Source: a virus. Taken from it: a stretch of DNA of 64,000 bases. Position 1 is the stretch's first letter. Each line of letters opens with the position of its first letter. Of this stretch, positions 8,746 through 17,235 are shown one piece after another. The notes below the pieces were generated by a model. That model worked only from the letters and a program-made list of their open reading frames with translations, made no database searches and was not told the DNA's origin. Made by a program: the position numbers and the translations under genes. The stretch spans positions 64,001 through 128,000 of the IMG/VR virus record IMGVR_UViG_3300032092_000005; one strand, 5' to 3'.

Positions 8746-9486
8746 TTAACCGAAAAAACTTGTCATTCCCTCAAGTTCGATGTGTTCTTTGCATCCACAC
8801 TTAGAACATTTCCAATCAAAATCTTGTTTTAATTTTGGAATGGTTCCAAAGAATTCGGTTAGTTTTGCAAACTGGTCTTGATTTAAGTCATTAATGAATG
8901 TTAAAAGCTCGGCTCTAGAAGATTCTGAAGCTGGATAGACTGCTTCTGCATCAAAGATATAATCAATACTGTTACACACAATATCAACAATAGTATCTAT
9001 TTGTGATTTATCTTTTGAATCATTTGCTTTTGCAGACATTGATACTGTAGGATACTTTAATACAATGCCAATCTTAGACTCTTCATCCAACATAATCTTT
9101 GGACTATGTTTTGGATCTTTAACTACGTCAACATCCATCAAGTTTAATTTCAATGGTGTAGCGTGTGAGCATTCTACGCCCTCAGAGTTAATTCCATTTG
9201 GATGGCGAAGTTGAATATCAATAATTTCTCCAATAGATTTTGCTCTAAGTTTCAAGAAGAAAAACTCTAAATCGAACATAGGCATATCATCTACTTCAAT
9301 ATCATCGATTGAACAGTTGTTGATAATCTGTTTAATTGCTCTAAACATTTCTGTCGGCTCTTCACTTTCAAGTGCCATAAGCAATAGTTTCTGTTCCTTT
9401 ACTAAGAAAGGTCTGTATTTAACGGGTGCGCCGTTTGATGGTAAATTCAATTCAAAAATTGGTGATTTAATTTTAGGTAAAGCCAT
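8746..9486 (-). CDS. gp26: Baseplate hub subunit / assembly chaperone
   Basis: MALPKI..P.FEL.LPS....KYRPFLVKEQK.LL.A.ES, FD.E.FFL.LRAKSIGE, C-terminal CxxC and LEG..SFF. Confidence 0.93.
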   Translation of the reverse strand: MALPKIKSPIFELNLPSNGAPVKYRPFLVKEQKLLLMALESEEPTEMFRAIKQIINNCSIDDIEVDDMPMFDLEFFFLKLRAKSIGEIIDIQLRHPNGINSEGVECSHATPLKLNLMDVDVVKDPKHSPKIMLDEESKIGIVLKYPTVSMSAKANDSKDKSQIDTIVDIVCNSIDYIFDAEAVYPASESSRAELLTFINDLNQDQFAKLTEFFGTIPKLKQDFDWKCSKCGCKEHIELEGMTSFFG

Positions 9487-9516
9487 AGTGTATTATCTCC
9501 GTTTGTTATAAAAAAA

Positions 9517-10185
9517 TTATACAGTATCAAAGATTGAATTGCTTGACAAATCAGGAAAACTTACTACATGATATCTATATGTCATTGTAACAGTAAATCT
9601 TTGGTACGTATTTTGTTCTTCCCATGATAAATTCATAGGACTCAATGCAATAGGATATGCATTCTGTAGGGTATATTTAGCCAATATTCTATTCGCATCA
9701 TTCAGTTGAAATATTCTCATTGATCCTTGAGCATAATCATCGTAATATCGAATAAGACCTGCGCTACTAGAAGCTTTGCCAGTCAAGTCCGTCGCATAAA
9801 CAATATTATCCATCCAAACTTCAAATATTCTTCTTTCATACATATCTTCTGAAGCGATAATAGTAAATGAGTGGTCTGCATATGTATTTTCGTATCCGAA
9901 TTTTAAATTTGGACCAAATGATGTAGTGTCGTCGGTTGTTGCGATTGTTCTTCCAGGCATTTCTGTAGATTCACATCTACATATAAATTTTGGAAGTACA
10001 TCAGATGATGGATTCAAAGGCATGTTCGAGAACCAATTTTGAAGTGTGCCGCCTCTTCTTGCTGATCCTTTAACTTGATCTCTTTTACCTATACCAAAAA
10101 TTGCAGAAGGCAAATCCATCTCTACAAAGAACATGTTAGGTCTTACGGGTACTACTTGTTGTTTAAATGTTGATATACTAAACAT
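9517..10185 (-). CDS. Tail-tube-fold baseplate protein (gp54-like tube initiator)
   Basis: RPN.F.V, CES.E.PGR.I.T, FE.WMD.I, L.NAYP..L....LSW, FTVT..Y.Y gp19-family motifs; start taken at the ATG overlapping the gp2 stop (10185) rather than 10212. Confidence 0.7.
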   Translation of the reverse strand: MFSISTFKQQVVPVRPNMFFVEMDLPSAIFGIGKRDQVKGSARRGGTLQNWFSNMPLNPSSDVLPKFICRCESTEMPGRTIATTDDTTSFGPNLKFGYENTYADHSFTIIASEDMYERRIFEVWMDNIVYATDLTGKASSSAGLIRYYDDYAQGSMRIFQLNDANRILAKYTLQNAYPIALSPMNLSWEEQNTYQRFTVTMTYRYHVVSFPDLSSNSIFDTV

Positions 10186-10772
10186 TAGATTTTCTTTCTG
10201 CTGTCTGCCCAAACTTGTTGAGTAGTTGCTTTCTTAAACTTTTCTATTGGTAAAAATAGTGCTATATCCCATTCGACTGAAGTTATCTCTAAGAATGGTG
10301 ATTTTACATGATTGTATAAGTACTTTTTAATAGTAGGCTTATACTCTTTATATTTAGACGCAGCTTTTAGTAGACTGTAACTAATTTTTATCTTAGTCTT
10401 TTCATCATACTTCTTGTCCGTGACTGTAGAATATATTGCATTCATTAGTTTTGCACGAAGCATTGGTGGTAAATAATGAAAGTTAATACCCAAGAAGCCA
10501 TCTGGATGAAGTTCTACTGGAAATATTAGAGGAAATGTATCGTAATATGGCAATTCCATCTTCAATTTTGGATCATACTTGAATAAATACATCATTCCAG
10601 GTTCTAATTGAGCAACCTTTCTCTTTTGAGCGAAAGAGTTCATTACTTTGGACGTAGTTAATCCAGATAACTGACCAGCAGCATCTCGGTACCAATCTCT
10701 AGCTTCAGAAGTTCTAGCTGGCACTTGACCAGCTTGAATGCCTTGATATATAAGTTCTTTGAAAATTGTCAT
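10185..10772 (-). CDS. gp2: DNA end protector protein
   Basis: G.MY.F.YDPK.K..LPYYD.FPLI, GFLGINFHYLPP.LRA.L, W..ALFLP.E.F, VW.DS. Confidence 0.93.
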   Translation of the reverse strand: MTIFKELIYQGIQAGQVPARTSEARDWYRDAAGQLSGLTTSKVMNSFAQKRKVAQLEPGMMYLFKYDPKLKMELPYYDTFPLIFPVELHPDGFLGINFHYLPPMLRAKLMNAIYSTVTDKKYDEKTKIKISYSLLKAASKYKEYKPTIKKYLYNHVKSPFLEITSVEWDIALFLPIEKFKKATTQQVWADSRKKI

Positions 10773-10794
10773 AGAATTGTTTGTTGTTGTCTTC

Positions 10795-10802
10795 TATTTA
10801 TG
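10795..10802 (-). promoter_or_regulatory. Late promoter variant (CATAAATA) for the gp2-gp54-gp26 block
   Basis: Reverse complement of tatttatg, about 23 nt upstream of the gp2 start. Confidence 0.55.
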
Positions 10803-11238
10803 TCAATTCTTTCTCTGTCATCAACTTAAATTCCCAATTTTTGTCTTGGCAATACTTTATTGCAGCAGTCCATTTAGCTTGATTGACGCCCCAAGTCATC
10901 ACTTCATTCAAGAATCTACGAGTTGGTTTTGCTCCTGAGTTCAATCTTTTAGGCTCCATAGTCTGCGCAAGTGGTTTAACTTCAATTATTGATGCACGAA
11001 GTGTTCCATTAGCATCCTTATACTGAATCCAGAAGTCTGGAAAATATCTGTGCCAACGGTTATCTAGAGGTGATAAATAAGGTATAATTATCTCTTCTGA
11101 AGACCATTTGATGATAGAAGATGTAGTATCACAATACACCATAAATTTACGTTCCCATAAACTTCTGTAAGTAATTCCTGTGGGATCTCCATTGTATTTA
11201 GATGGATTTTTTGGTTTATATTTGCCCTTATACGCCAT
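10798..11238 (-). CDS. gp4: Head completion nuclease (TnsA-like endonuclease fold)
   Basis: YKGKY.PKNP.KY.GDP..I.YRS.WE..FM..CD, WSSEE..IPY..P.D...HRYFPDF, IEVKP, N.AKW.AA. Confidence 0.95.
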   Translation of the reverse strand: MAYKGKYKPKNPSKYNGDPTGITYRSLWERKFMVYCDTTSSIIKWSSEEIIIPYLSPLDNRWHRYFPDFWIQYKDANGTLRASIIEVKPLAQTMEPKRLNSGAKPTRRFLNEVMTWGVNQAKWTAAIKYCQDKNWEFKLMTEKELT

Positions 11239-11245
11239 AATGTTT

Positions 11246-11253
11246 TATAAATA
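11246..11253 (+). promoter_or_regulatory. T4-type late promoter
   Basis: TATAAATA upstream of gp48. Confidence 0.8.
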
Positions 11254-11274
11254 GTTAATTAAAAAGGATTTTAA

Positions 11275-12270
11275 ATGGCCACGACACAATTTCTTATGAC
11301 AATGGACACAGCAGGAGGCAGTACTTATCCTCAAGATGGAGCGACAACCTCAACCGCTGGCGCTGGTCAAAATATAGGAAGATATATTTCAGCAGGAATT
11401 CCAGATGGTACTAAATTAAAATTTCCGCAACAAACTGATTCATTTAACACACCATTTATTAAGTTTAATTTTTTAGATGCGTATGGTGATCTCATTTCAG
11501 GTTCTCCTATTATAAGTTTAAGAATGCCCAGTGTATTTAACATAAGTAGTTTTTCTGATTATTCTAGAGCAGATCAAATAATTGGCGACACCCGCGCAGA
11601 GAGTTTGTTTAATTTTGGTAAAACTGGTCTGGGAGAGCTTTCAGGCGCTGCAAGTGAAACAGTAGCTAATATGGCAGAAGCAATAAATTATTCAATTGCA
11701 AAGGGTATTGGTGGAGCTTTAGGTTTTATAGAATCTGCCGGACTTAGTGGTATCAATCAATTTGAGTTTGGTAGAAGACGAGCAGTAAATCCTATGGCAC
11801 AATTATTGTACAAAGGACCGCAGTATAGAAAATATCAAATTCCTGTACCTATGAAACCAAGAAATCAACTTGAAGCACAAGAAATTCAAAAAATAATTAA
11901 AACGTTTAGAGTCGCTTCTTCTCCATCGTATGCATCATCTAATGATTTAACCGTCGGAGACAGAACAGTAGCAACCACAATTGGTTCTGAAACTTCATTT
12001 ACATTTGGATATCCACACTTAGTTGCATTTACTATTGAATTTTTTAAAACTCCTGCCGACTCTGGCGACGGCGTAATACAACAACTATATAAAAGTAAAG
12101 CTTGCGTATTAGAATCTGTTGCTGTGGATTACGGCGGACAAAAACTTGCTTTTTTTGAGGATGGTATTCCTACAGAAATGAATTTAACACTTGCGTTGAG
12201 TGAAGTTACTGCAAGAACACTTGGTGATGAAATGACTAATAATCAAAATGCAAATTTTACAATCTTCTAA
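11275..12270 (+). CDS. gp48: Baseplate tail-tube cap
   Basis: NP..QLLYKGP..R, PRN..EA..I..II..FR, YP....I.F, CVL.SV.VDY, F.DG.P..M.LTL...E; divergent from gp4. Confidence 0.8.
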   Translation: MATTQFLMTMDTAGGSTYPQDGATTSTAGAGQNIGRYISAGIPDGTKLKFPQQTDSFNTPFIKFNFLDAYGDLISGSPIISLRMPSVFNISSFSDYSRADQIIGDTRAESLFNFGKTGLGELSGAASETVANMAEAINYSIAKGIGGALGFIESAGLSGINQFEFGRRRAVNPMAQLLYKGPQYRKYQIPVPMKPRNQLEAQEIQKIIKTFRVASSPSYASSNDLTVGDRTVATTIGSETSFTFGYPHLVAFTIEFFKTPADSGDGVIQQLYKSKACVLESVAVDYGGQKLAFFEDGIPTEMNLTLALSEVTARTLGDEMTNNQNANFTIF

Positions 12271-12283
12271 TCAGTAATATTAT

Positions 12284-12796
12284 ATGTTTAATATATTTCC
12301 AAGAATAGAATATAAAATAAATTCATACGACACTGTAAAAAGTATCGATATAAATGTGGCTGCAAAGATTAAAGATCATTTTGCAAAATTTAAATTTGCA
12401 TCTCTTCGACAATATTATATTGGCGATGGAGAATCTCCAGATATGGTGTCATATAGGTCTTATGGCACACCAAAATTTGGATACATAATTATGATGACTA
12501 ATAATATTCACAGCATATATGATGATTGGCCTAAATCATCGTCAGCACTTAAAAAATATATTATAGAAAAATATGGAAGCCTCGGTGCAGCCGGAGCAGA
12601 TTTATATTTTTATACTGGAGAAAAGTACATTATTAGTCAAGAATCTTATCTGGAATTAACTGACAATAAAAAATTTAAAGAAACTGCTATAGAATATGAA
12701 AATCGTATTAATACTGAAAAATCATTTATAAACATATTAGACTATAAATATGCAATTCAATTTGAATCCGGATTACAAGAAATCCTAACTAACTAA
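12284..12796 (+). CDS. gp53: Baseplate wedge subunit
   Basis: F..FP.I.Y, Y.I.DGE.PD.VS...YG, I...NNI.....DWP, YI..KYGS, EYE...N..K..I.IL. Confidence 0.9.
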   Translation: MFNIFPRIEYKINSYDTVKSIDINVAAKIKDHFAKFKFASLRQYYIGDGESPDMVSYRSYGTPKFGYIIMMTNNIHSIYDDWPKSSSALKKYIIEKYGSLGAAGADLYFYTGEKYIISQESYLELTDNKKFKETAIEYENRINTEKSFINILDYKYAIQFESGLQEILTN

Positions 12797-12801
12797 AATA
12801 T

Positions 12802-14181
12802 ATGGCAACAACTTATGGTGGTGGTGACACACCAGTAACAGGTCAAACTGAAGCATATATGCTTGATGCACTTACGATTACTGTTAAAGGCGGTTCAGTT
12901 GTTGATTTGGCGCGTGTTTTTGTAGAAATTGAAATTTTTGAAGATATATTTAAATCTTCTATAACTGGAAGTATTACTATAAATGACTCTGTTGGTGGCT
13001 TAGAAAAATTTATATACACTGGCGGAGAAAGAATTACTATTAAAGCTTCTATGCCACCAGAACGCAATAAAGACAGTGTTGTAATTATTAATAGATCAAA
13101 TCTTATTGTTCACGAATTCTCTAAAACTTCTGCCGATGCCGGGAATTTAAAATATAAATTGTACTTTACGTCGGAGTCTACTTTAAACTCACTTAAAAAA
13201 AGAATATTTAAAAGTTATAAGACTGAAAGAAATATCTCTAAAATTGTAAAGTCTTTATACTCAGAAATAGAATCTGCAAATGGAACAAGTGCAACGACTA
13301 CATCGGTAATTAAAATAAATGCATCGGATACGTGGATTTCAAAACCATTTATATGTCCAGGATATACACCAATAGATGCAATAAATCATTTAGCAAAAAG
13401 AACAAGTGCAGATGGAAAATATTATGTATTTTATGAAAGATTAAATAATAATAGACAAGATGGAAAAGGATGGCATCACTATTTCACAAGTATTGATGAT
13501 ATAATTATAGAATCAAATGCTTCCGATAAAACAGTTGCGACAATAAAATATAGCCCAGCAGGCAGTTATTTTACTACTCAAGCAGAAGATAATATTAGAG
13601 CAAAAACTATACAGTATCAAAATAATTATAATCATTTAAGTTCAATGATTGGTGGATTTTATAATTCTAGAGTTAGATCATTAGATGTTTTATCTAGAAG
13701 ATATTCGGATATAAAGATAAGCTATAAAGATAACCGGGATTCGGTTGGTGGAACATTTTATACTAATAAATTTCTAGATGTAAATAATTATTTTGCGGCA
13801 TATGGCGATAAAGATTTTCCAGGAGAAAGATTAATTGTGTCTCCAATGAATGATGCATTTACAGATAAAAAATCTTGGATTAAAAATGATACATATGGAG
13901 CATATTTGAATAGTAGCATCCGTATTACAGTAGATATTGCTGGTGGTACTAATAGAGTTGGTATAGGTGATGTTATAGAATTAAGACTTCCAAGTGTTGC
14001 CCACACAGCAGTTAATAAAGAGAATTCTATAGTTCCAGACGATGAAGTTTATCAGGGAAAATACATCGTAACTGCATGTAGACATAATTTAAGTAAATTG
14101 GCGTATGTAAAAAAAGTAGAATTATCTAGAGGCAACATGAGATTGAGTCTAGATCAATTAATAGCCAAAGGTGCAGCGTAA
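12802..14181 (+). CDS. Baseplate hub protein (gp27-like)
   Basis: Between gp53 and gp5; EI.IFEDIF...ITGSI.I.DS.G, P...P.DAI..LA, FYE, GD.IEL.LP, G.Y.VT..RH hub-type motifs. Confidence 0.6.
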   Translation: MATTYGGGDTPVTGQTEAYMLDALTITVKGGSVVDLARVFVEIEIFEDIFKSSITGSITINDSVGGLEKFIYTGGERITIKASMPPERNKDSVVIINRSNLIVHEFSKTSADAGNLKYKLYFTSESTLNSLKKRIFKSYKTERNISKIVKSLYSEIESANGTSATTTSVIKINASDTWISKPFICPGYTPIDAINHLAKRTSADGKYYVFYERLNNNRQDGKGWHHYFTSIDDIIIESNASDKTVATIKYSPAGSYFTTQAEDNIRAKTIQYQNNYNHLSSMIGGFYNSRVRSLDVLSRRYSDIKISYKDNRDSVGGTFYTNKFLDVNNYFAAYGDKDFPGERLIVSPMNDAFTDKKSWIKNDTYGAYLNSSIRITVDIAGGTNRVGIGDVIELRLPSVAHTAVNKENSIVPDDEVYQGKYIVTACRHNLSKLAYVKKVELSRGNMRLSLDQLIAKGAA

Positions 14182-14196
14182 TAAAAAGGAAACAAG

Positions 14197-15150
14197 ATGC
14201 AATTACAATTTTTAGAGTATATTCAAAAAAGAGATTTTGAAGCATACTCACTACTATCAGAAAAGCTTATCACATTTAACAATGGTGCAAAATATGGTCA
14301 GATTGTTTTTCTTGCTGGTGGTGCCGGCTCTGGAAAAGGCTTTGCTATTGATAACTATATATCTGGTAATGACTTTAAAATTCGTGACGTTGATGAATTA
14401 AAAATTGCATTTCAAAAACTAGATGGCATGGGCAAGTTCACTACAGACGATCTATTGAAGAAATATGGCGACAAGATTAAGGAATCGGACGCTGCATTCA
14501 TTGAAAAGCACATCACTTCAAAAGGACTCAGCCTTAGTCAATTTAACTTAAAAGTTCCAGAGCATGTATACGCATTGCACGTATTGATAAGAGCTACTGG
14601 CGTAAAAGAAAAAACCTTGGATTTATTACTAGATGGTGCTAAAGAAAATATTTTACCTAATGTGTTGTTTGATTCTACTTTTGCAGATATGTCGGATCTT
14701 GAGTCATATCTTCCTAGGTTAATTGAAATAGGATATGATCCTAAGAACATTCATATTGCATGGGTGTTAACAAACTATGAGATTGCAATGAAGAACAATG
14801 CAAAACGTTCTAGAGTTGTGCCCGATGATATTCTTTTAAGAACACACAAAGGTGCTGCACAGACGATTCTAAGTTTAGTTAAGAAAAGCTTGCCTATCAC
14901 AATAGATGGAGGCATTTATGTCATTCTAAATAATCCAGAGAACACAATGTTTCTGATTGATCCAAAGACGGGCGAACACTACAAAAATATCAAAGGTAAA
15001 AAAGTTGTCAAAGACTTTCTCTATATCACAATGAAGAAGCCTGGAAAAGCAATCACGACAGATGCTGACGTTAAGAAGCAGCTATACACATGGATCAAAG
15101 ACAATGTGCCGCCAGATTCGATAGACACAAAAGAGTTAGATGATCTATGA
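14197..15150 (+). CDS. P-loop kinase/NTPase (zeta-toxin / AAA_33-like)
   Basis: Walker A IVFLAGGAGSGKG, RDVDELK, Walker B-like VLFDST, lid-like N.KR.RVVP. Confidence 0.75.
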   Translation: MQLQFLEYIQKRDFEAYSLLSEKLITFNNGAKYGQIVFLAGGAGSGKGFAIDNYISGNDFKIRDVDELKIAFQKLDGMGKFTTDDLLKKYGDKIKESDAAFIEKHITSKGLSLSQFNLKVPEHVYALHVLIRATGVKEKTLDLLLDGAKENILPNVLFDSTFADMSDLESYLPRLIEIGYDPKNIHIAWVLTNYEIAMKNNAKRSRVVPDDILLRTHKGAAQTILSLVKKSLPITIDGGIYVILNNPENTMFLIDPKTGEHYKNIKGKKVVKDFLYITMKKPGKAITTDADVKKQLYTWIKDNVPPDSIDTKELDDL

Positions 15151-15188
15151 TGAAGTTCAAAGATTTTAAACACAGAGGTTAAAACAAT

Positions 15189-16958
15189 ATGTTTTTAGGT
15201 AGAGATGGATTTATATGGTGGATTGGTGTCGTTGAAGACAATCAAGACCCATTGGTTCTGGGCAGAGCTAAAGTTAGAATTTATGGTTATCATGCGCCAG
15301 CCCTAAGTTTAGGCACAGCCACATCAAGTCCTAGTCCATACATTCCAGGAAGAGCCGCAGGGATATTTCTTGGAGGATCTAATATATATGGGTCATTCAC
15401 ATCTACTCCGGCTGTTGCCGAAGACGAAGAAGCTAATCAAAATATATCAATCGGCAAGGACGATGGAGAAATGCCAACGTCTGATCTTCCTTGGGCAGTA
15501 ACACTAATGCCAGCAAATATGCCAGGAGCATATGGCATACCTAATCTTGGTGATTGGGTTCTTGGATTTTTCTTAGACGGTGAAGAAGCGCAAGAGCCAT
15601 GTATTCTTGGATATCTTCCTGGTATACCGCCAGGAACAATTCCTACAGATATAACAGAAAGGTTCTCAGAGCAAATTTCTACAGTTCGTTCTTTCAATAG
15701 TGTAGCGAATGTTCTGCCAAATTCCTATGCCGTAACAGGTAACGCTCAGAAAAATAGATTCAGATTTGAACAGCCATCTGGTAATGTATTCGAAATGGTT
15801 AACGACACCAGCATTGCTAATCCTATATCATTAGCGCATAGTAGTCTTGCAAATTTACAACTAAAATATAAATCAGCAATTTTAGGATTGAATGCTTCCG
15901 AGGGCGAAAATCAAAATATTGAGATTAAAGATACGTCCATATTCTTAAGACACTATAATGGCATATACGGTAGAAGTTCTGTAATGCCTGCAAGTACAGA
16001 GAATTCAGTTCGATCACAATCAATATTGCCAGCTAAACAATTTAGTATAGGCAATGCTCTTCCGGGCACAGCAGCGATTGGTAGAGATGTTGTATATACC
16101 GTACCCGCACAAGTGAACGTTCCGGGATATACATATTATCATCCGTCACGCGCAGATATAAATCCGACTTGGGAGGAACAAGATTTAGTACGTAATGTTG
16201 GATTACTAATGAATACAGTATTTCCTCCACAACCAGTAATAATATCTACAATCGCAGCACTTCCTCCTCCGCCTCGCGGTGGTGGTGGTGGAGGATGCTT
16301 CTTAGGTGAAACACTTGTCACTATGTCTGATTGGACAAAAAAGCGTATTGATCAGATTAAAGACGGTGATTATGTTTTCAATAAAGATAAAACAGAAGTG
16401 AATCAAGTTCTTTTCATCGAAAGAGTCCCAGATAAGTACATGTGGAAAGAACTGTATACGCCGACTGGAGACTATGAACCATTTGCGACACCGAATCATC
16501 CATTGTTTGTAGAAGGAGAATGGGTAGCATTAGATAATGAACTCTATCCGTGGTTAGGAAAGATCAATAGCGTTAAGAATCCAATTACATGCGAAACTCA
16601 AGGTGAATTAGTCTACAATCTATGGGTTACTGGAGATGGTACATATATAGTTAATGGCTTTGGTACTACATCTATTATGATGGATGGTGGAATTATGCGA
16701 GTTGCATATCAGTATAGATACTTATCGCAAGATATTATCATGGAAATAATGCGCGAATTCACGACACAAGGCAATATGATGACGTATGGATCATATATAT
16801 TCAATAAATTATTTGGATACATCACATACAAACCAATCGTTAAGGTATTAGCGAATACGATTAAAAGTGAAAAGGAGTTTCTACCAAGAAAAGCTATGAT
16901 ATTTTTGATGAAAGTATTCGGTAAGACTGCAACATTTTACAATAAACTCAAAGGATAA
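15189..16958 (+). CDS. gp5: Baseplate central spike protein with C-terminal Hint domain
   Basis: F.WWIGVVED.QDP..LGR.KVRI.G.H, LPWA, G.WV.GFFLDG..AQ.P.ILG.LPG (gp5 OB fold); Hint domain begins at Cys370. Confidence 0.9.
   Translation: MFLGRDGFIWWIGVVEDNQDPLVLGRAKVRIYGYHAPALSLGTATSSPSPYIPGRAAGIFLGGSNIYGSFTSTPAVAEDEEANQNISIGKDDGEMPTSDLPWAVTLMPANMPGAYGIPNLGDWVLGFFLDGEEAQEPCILGYLPGIPPGTIPTDITERFSEQISTVRSFNSVANVLPNSYAVTGNAQKNRFRFEQPSGNVFEMVNDTSIANPISLAHSSLANLQLKYKSAILGLNASEGENQNIEIKDTSIFLRHYNGIYGRSSVMPASTENSVRSQSILPAKQFSIGNALPGTAAIGRDVVYTVPAQVNVPGYTYYHPSRADINPTWEEQDLVRNVGLLMNTVFPPQPVIISTIAALPPPPRGGGGGGCFLGETLVTMSDWTKKRIDQIKDGDYVFNKDKTEVNQVLFIERVPDKYMWKELYTPTGDYEPFATPNHPLFVEGEWVALDNELYPWLGKINSVKNPITCETQGELVYNLWVTGDGTYIVNGFGTTSIMMDGGIMRVAYQYRYLSQDIIMEIMREFTTQGNMMTYGSYIFNKLFGYITYKPIVKVLANTIKSEKEFLPRKAMIFLMKVFGKTATFYNKLKG
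16296..16673 (+). other. Hint (Hedgehog/intein-like) autoprocessing domain within gp5
   Basis: Block A CFLGETLVTMSD..KKRIDQIKDGDYV, block B ATPNHPLFV (TxxH), blocks F/G VYNLWVTGDGTYIVNGFGTTS; no terminal His-Asn and no endonuclease. Confidence 0.9.
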
Positions 16959-16964
16959 ATTATT

Positions 16965-17141
16965 ATGACAAACCACACACAAATTACAGACACACAAGTT
17001 GAAGAATGGGCACAGGTTCTTACTCCTCAAGAAATTCTTGATCTATCAAATGGTATCAATATTACAGCAGCAATGATTATGTTTAAACTGTTTCCAAACA
17101 ATCAGTTCATCAAAGAACTATTGAAGACTAAGATTGGTTGA
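16965..17141 (+). CDS. Small hypothetical protein, 58 aa (absent from the ORF track)
   Basis: MTNHTQITDTQVEEWAQVLTPQEILDLSNGINITAAMIMFKLFPNNQFIKELLKTKIG*; AAGGA RBS; starts 6 nt after the gp5 stop. Confidence 0.7.
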   Translation: MTNHTQITDTQVEEWAQVLTPQEILDLSNGINITAAMIMFKLFPNNQFIKELLKTKIG

Positions 17142-17171
17142 TTATAGTCAATTATAGAGAACCAACACTGT

Positions 17172-17201
17172 ATTATAGCACTACACACATAAGCTTGTCA
17201 A
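17172..17201 (-). promoter_or_regulatory. Consensus sigma70 promoter, antisense to gp5
   Basis: Minus strand reads TTGACA-N18-TATAAT with extended -10 TGc; intergenic. Confidence 0.7.
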
Positions 17202-17235
17202 GAGCAAACACAAAGAAACAAGGATAATTACCAAA

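Noticed and set aside
16296-16673. Canonical splicing intein or homing element in gp5
   Set aside because: No terminal His-Asn, no endonuclease domain, and it sits behind a poly-Gly linker rather than in a conserved motif
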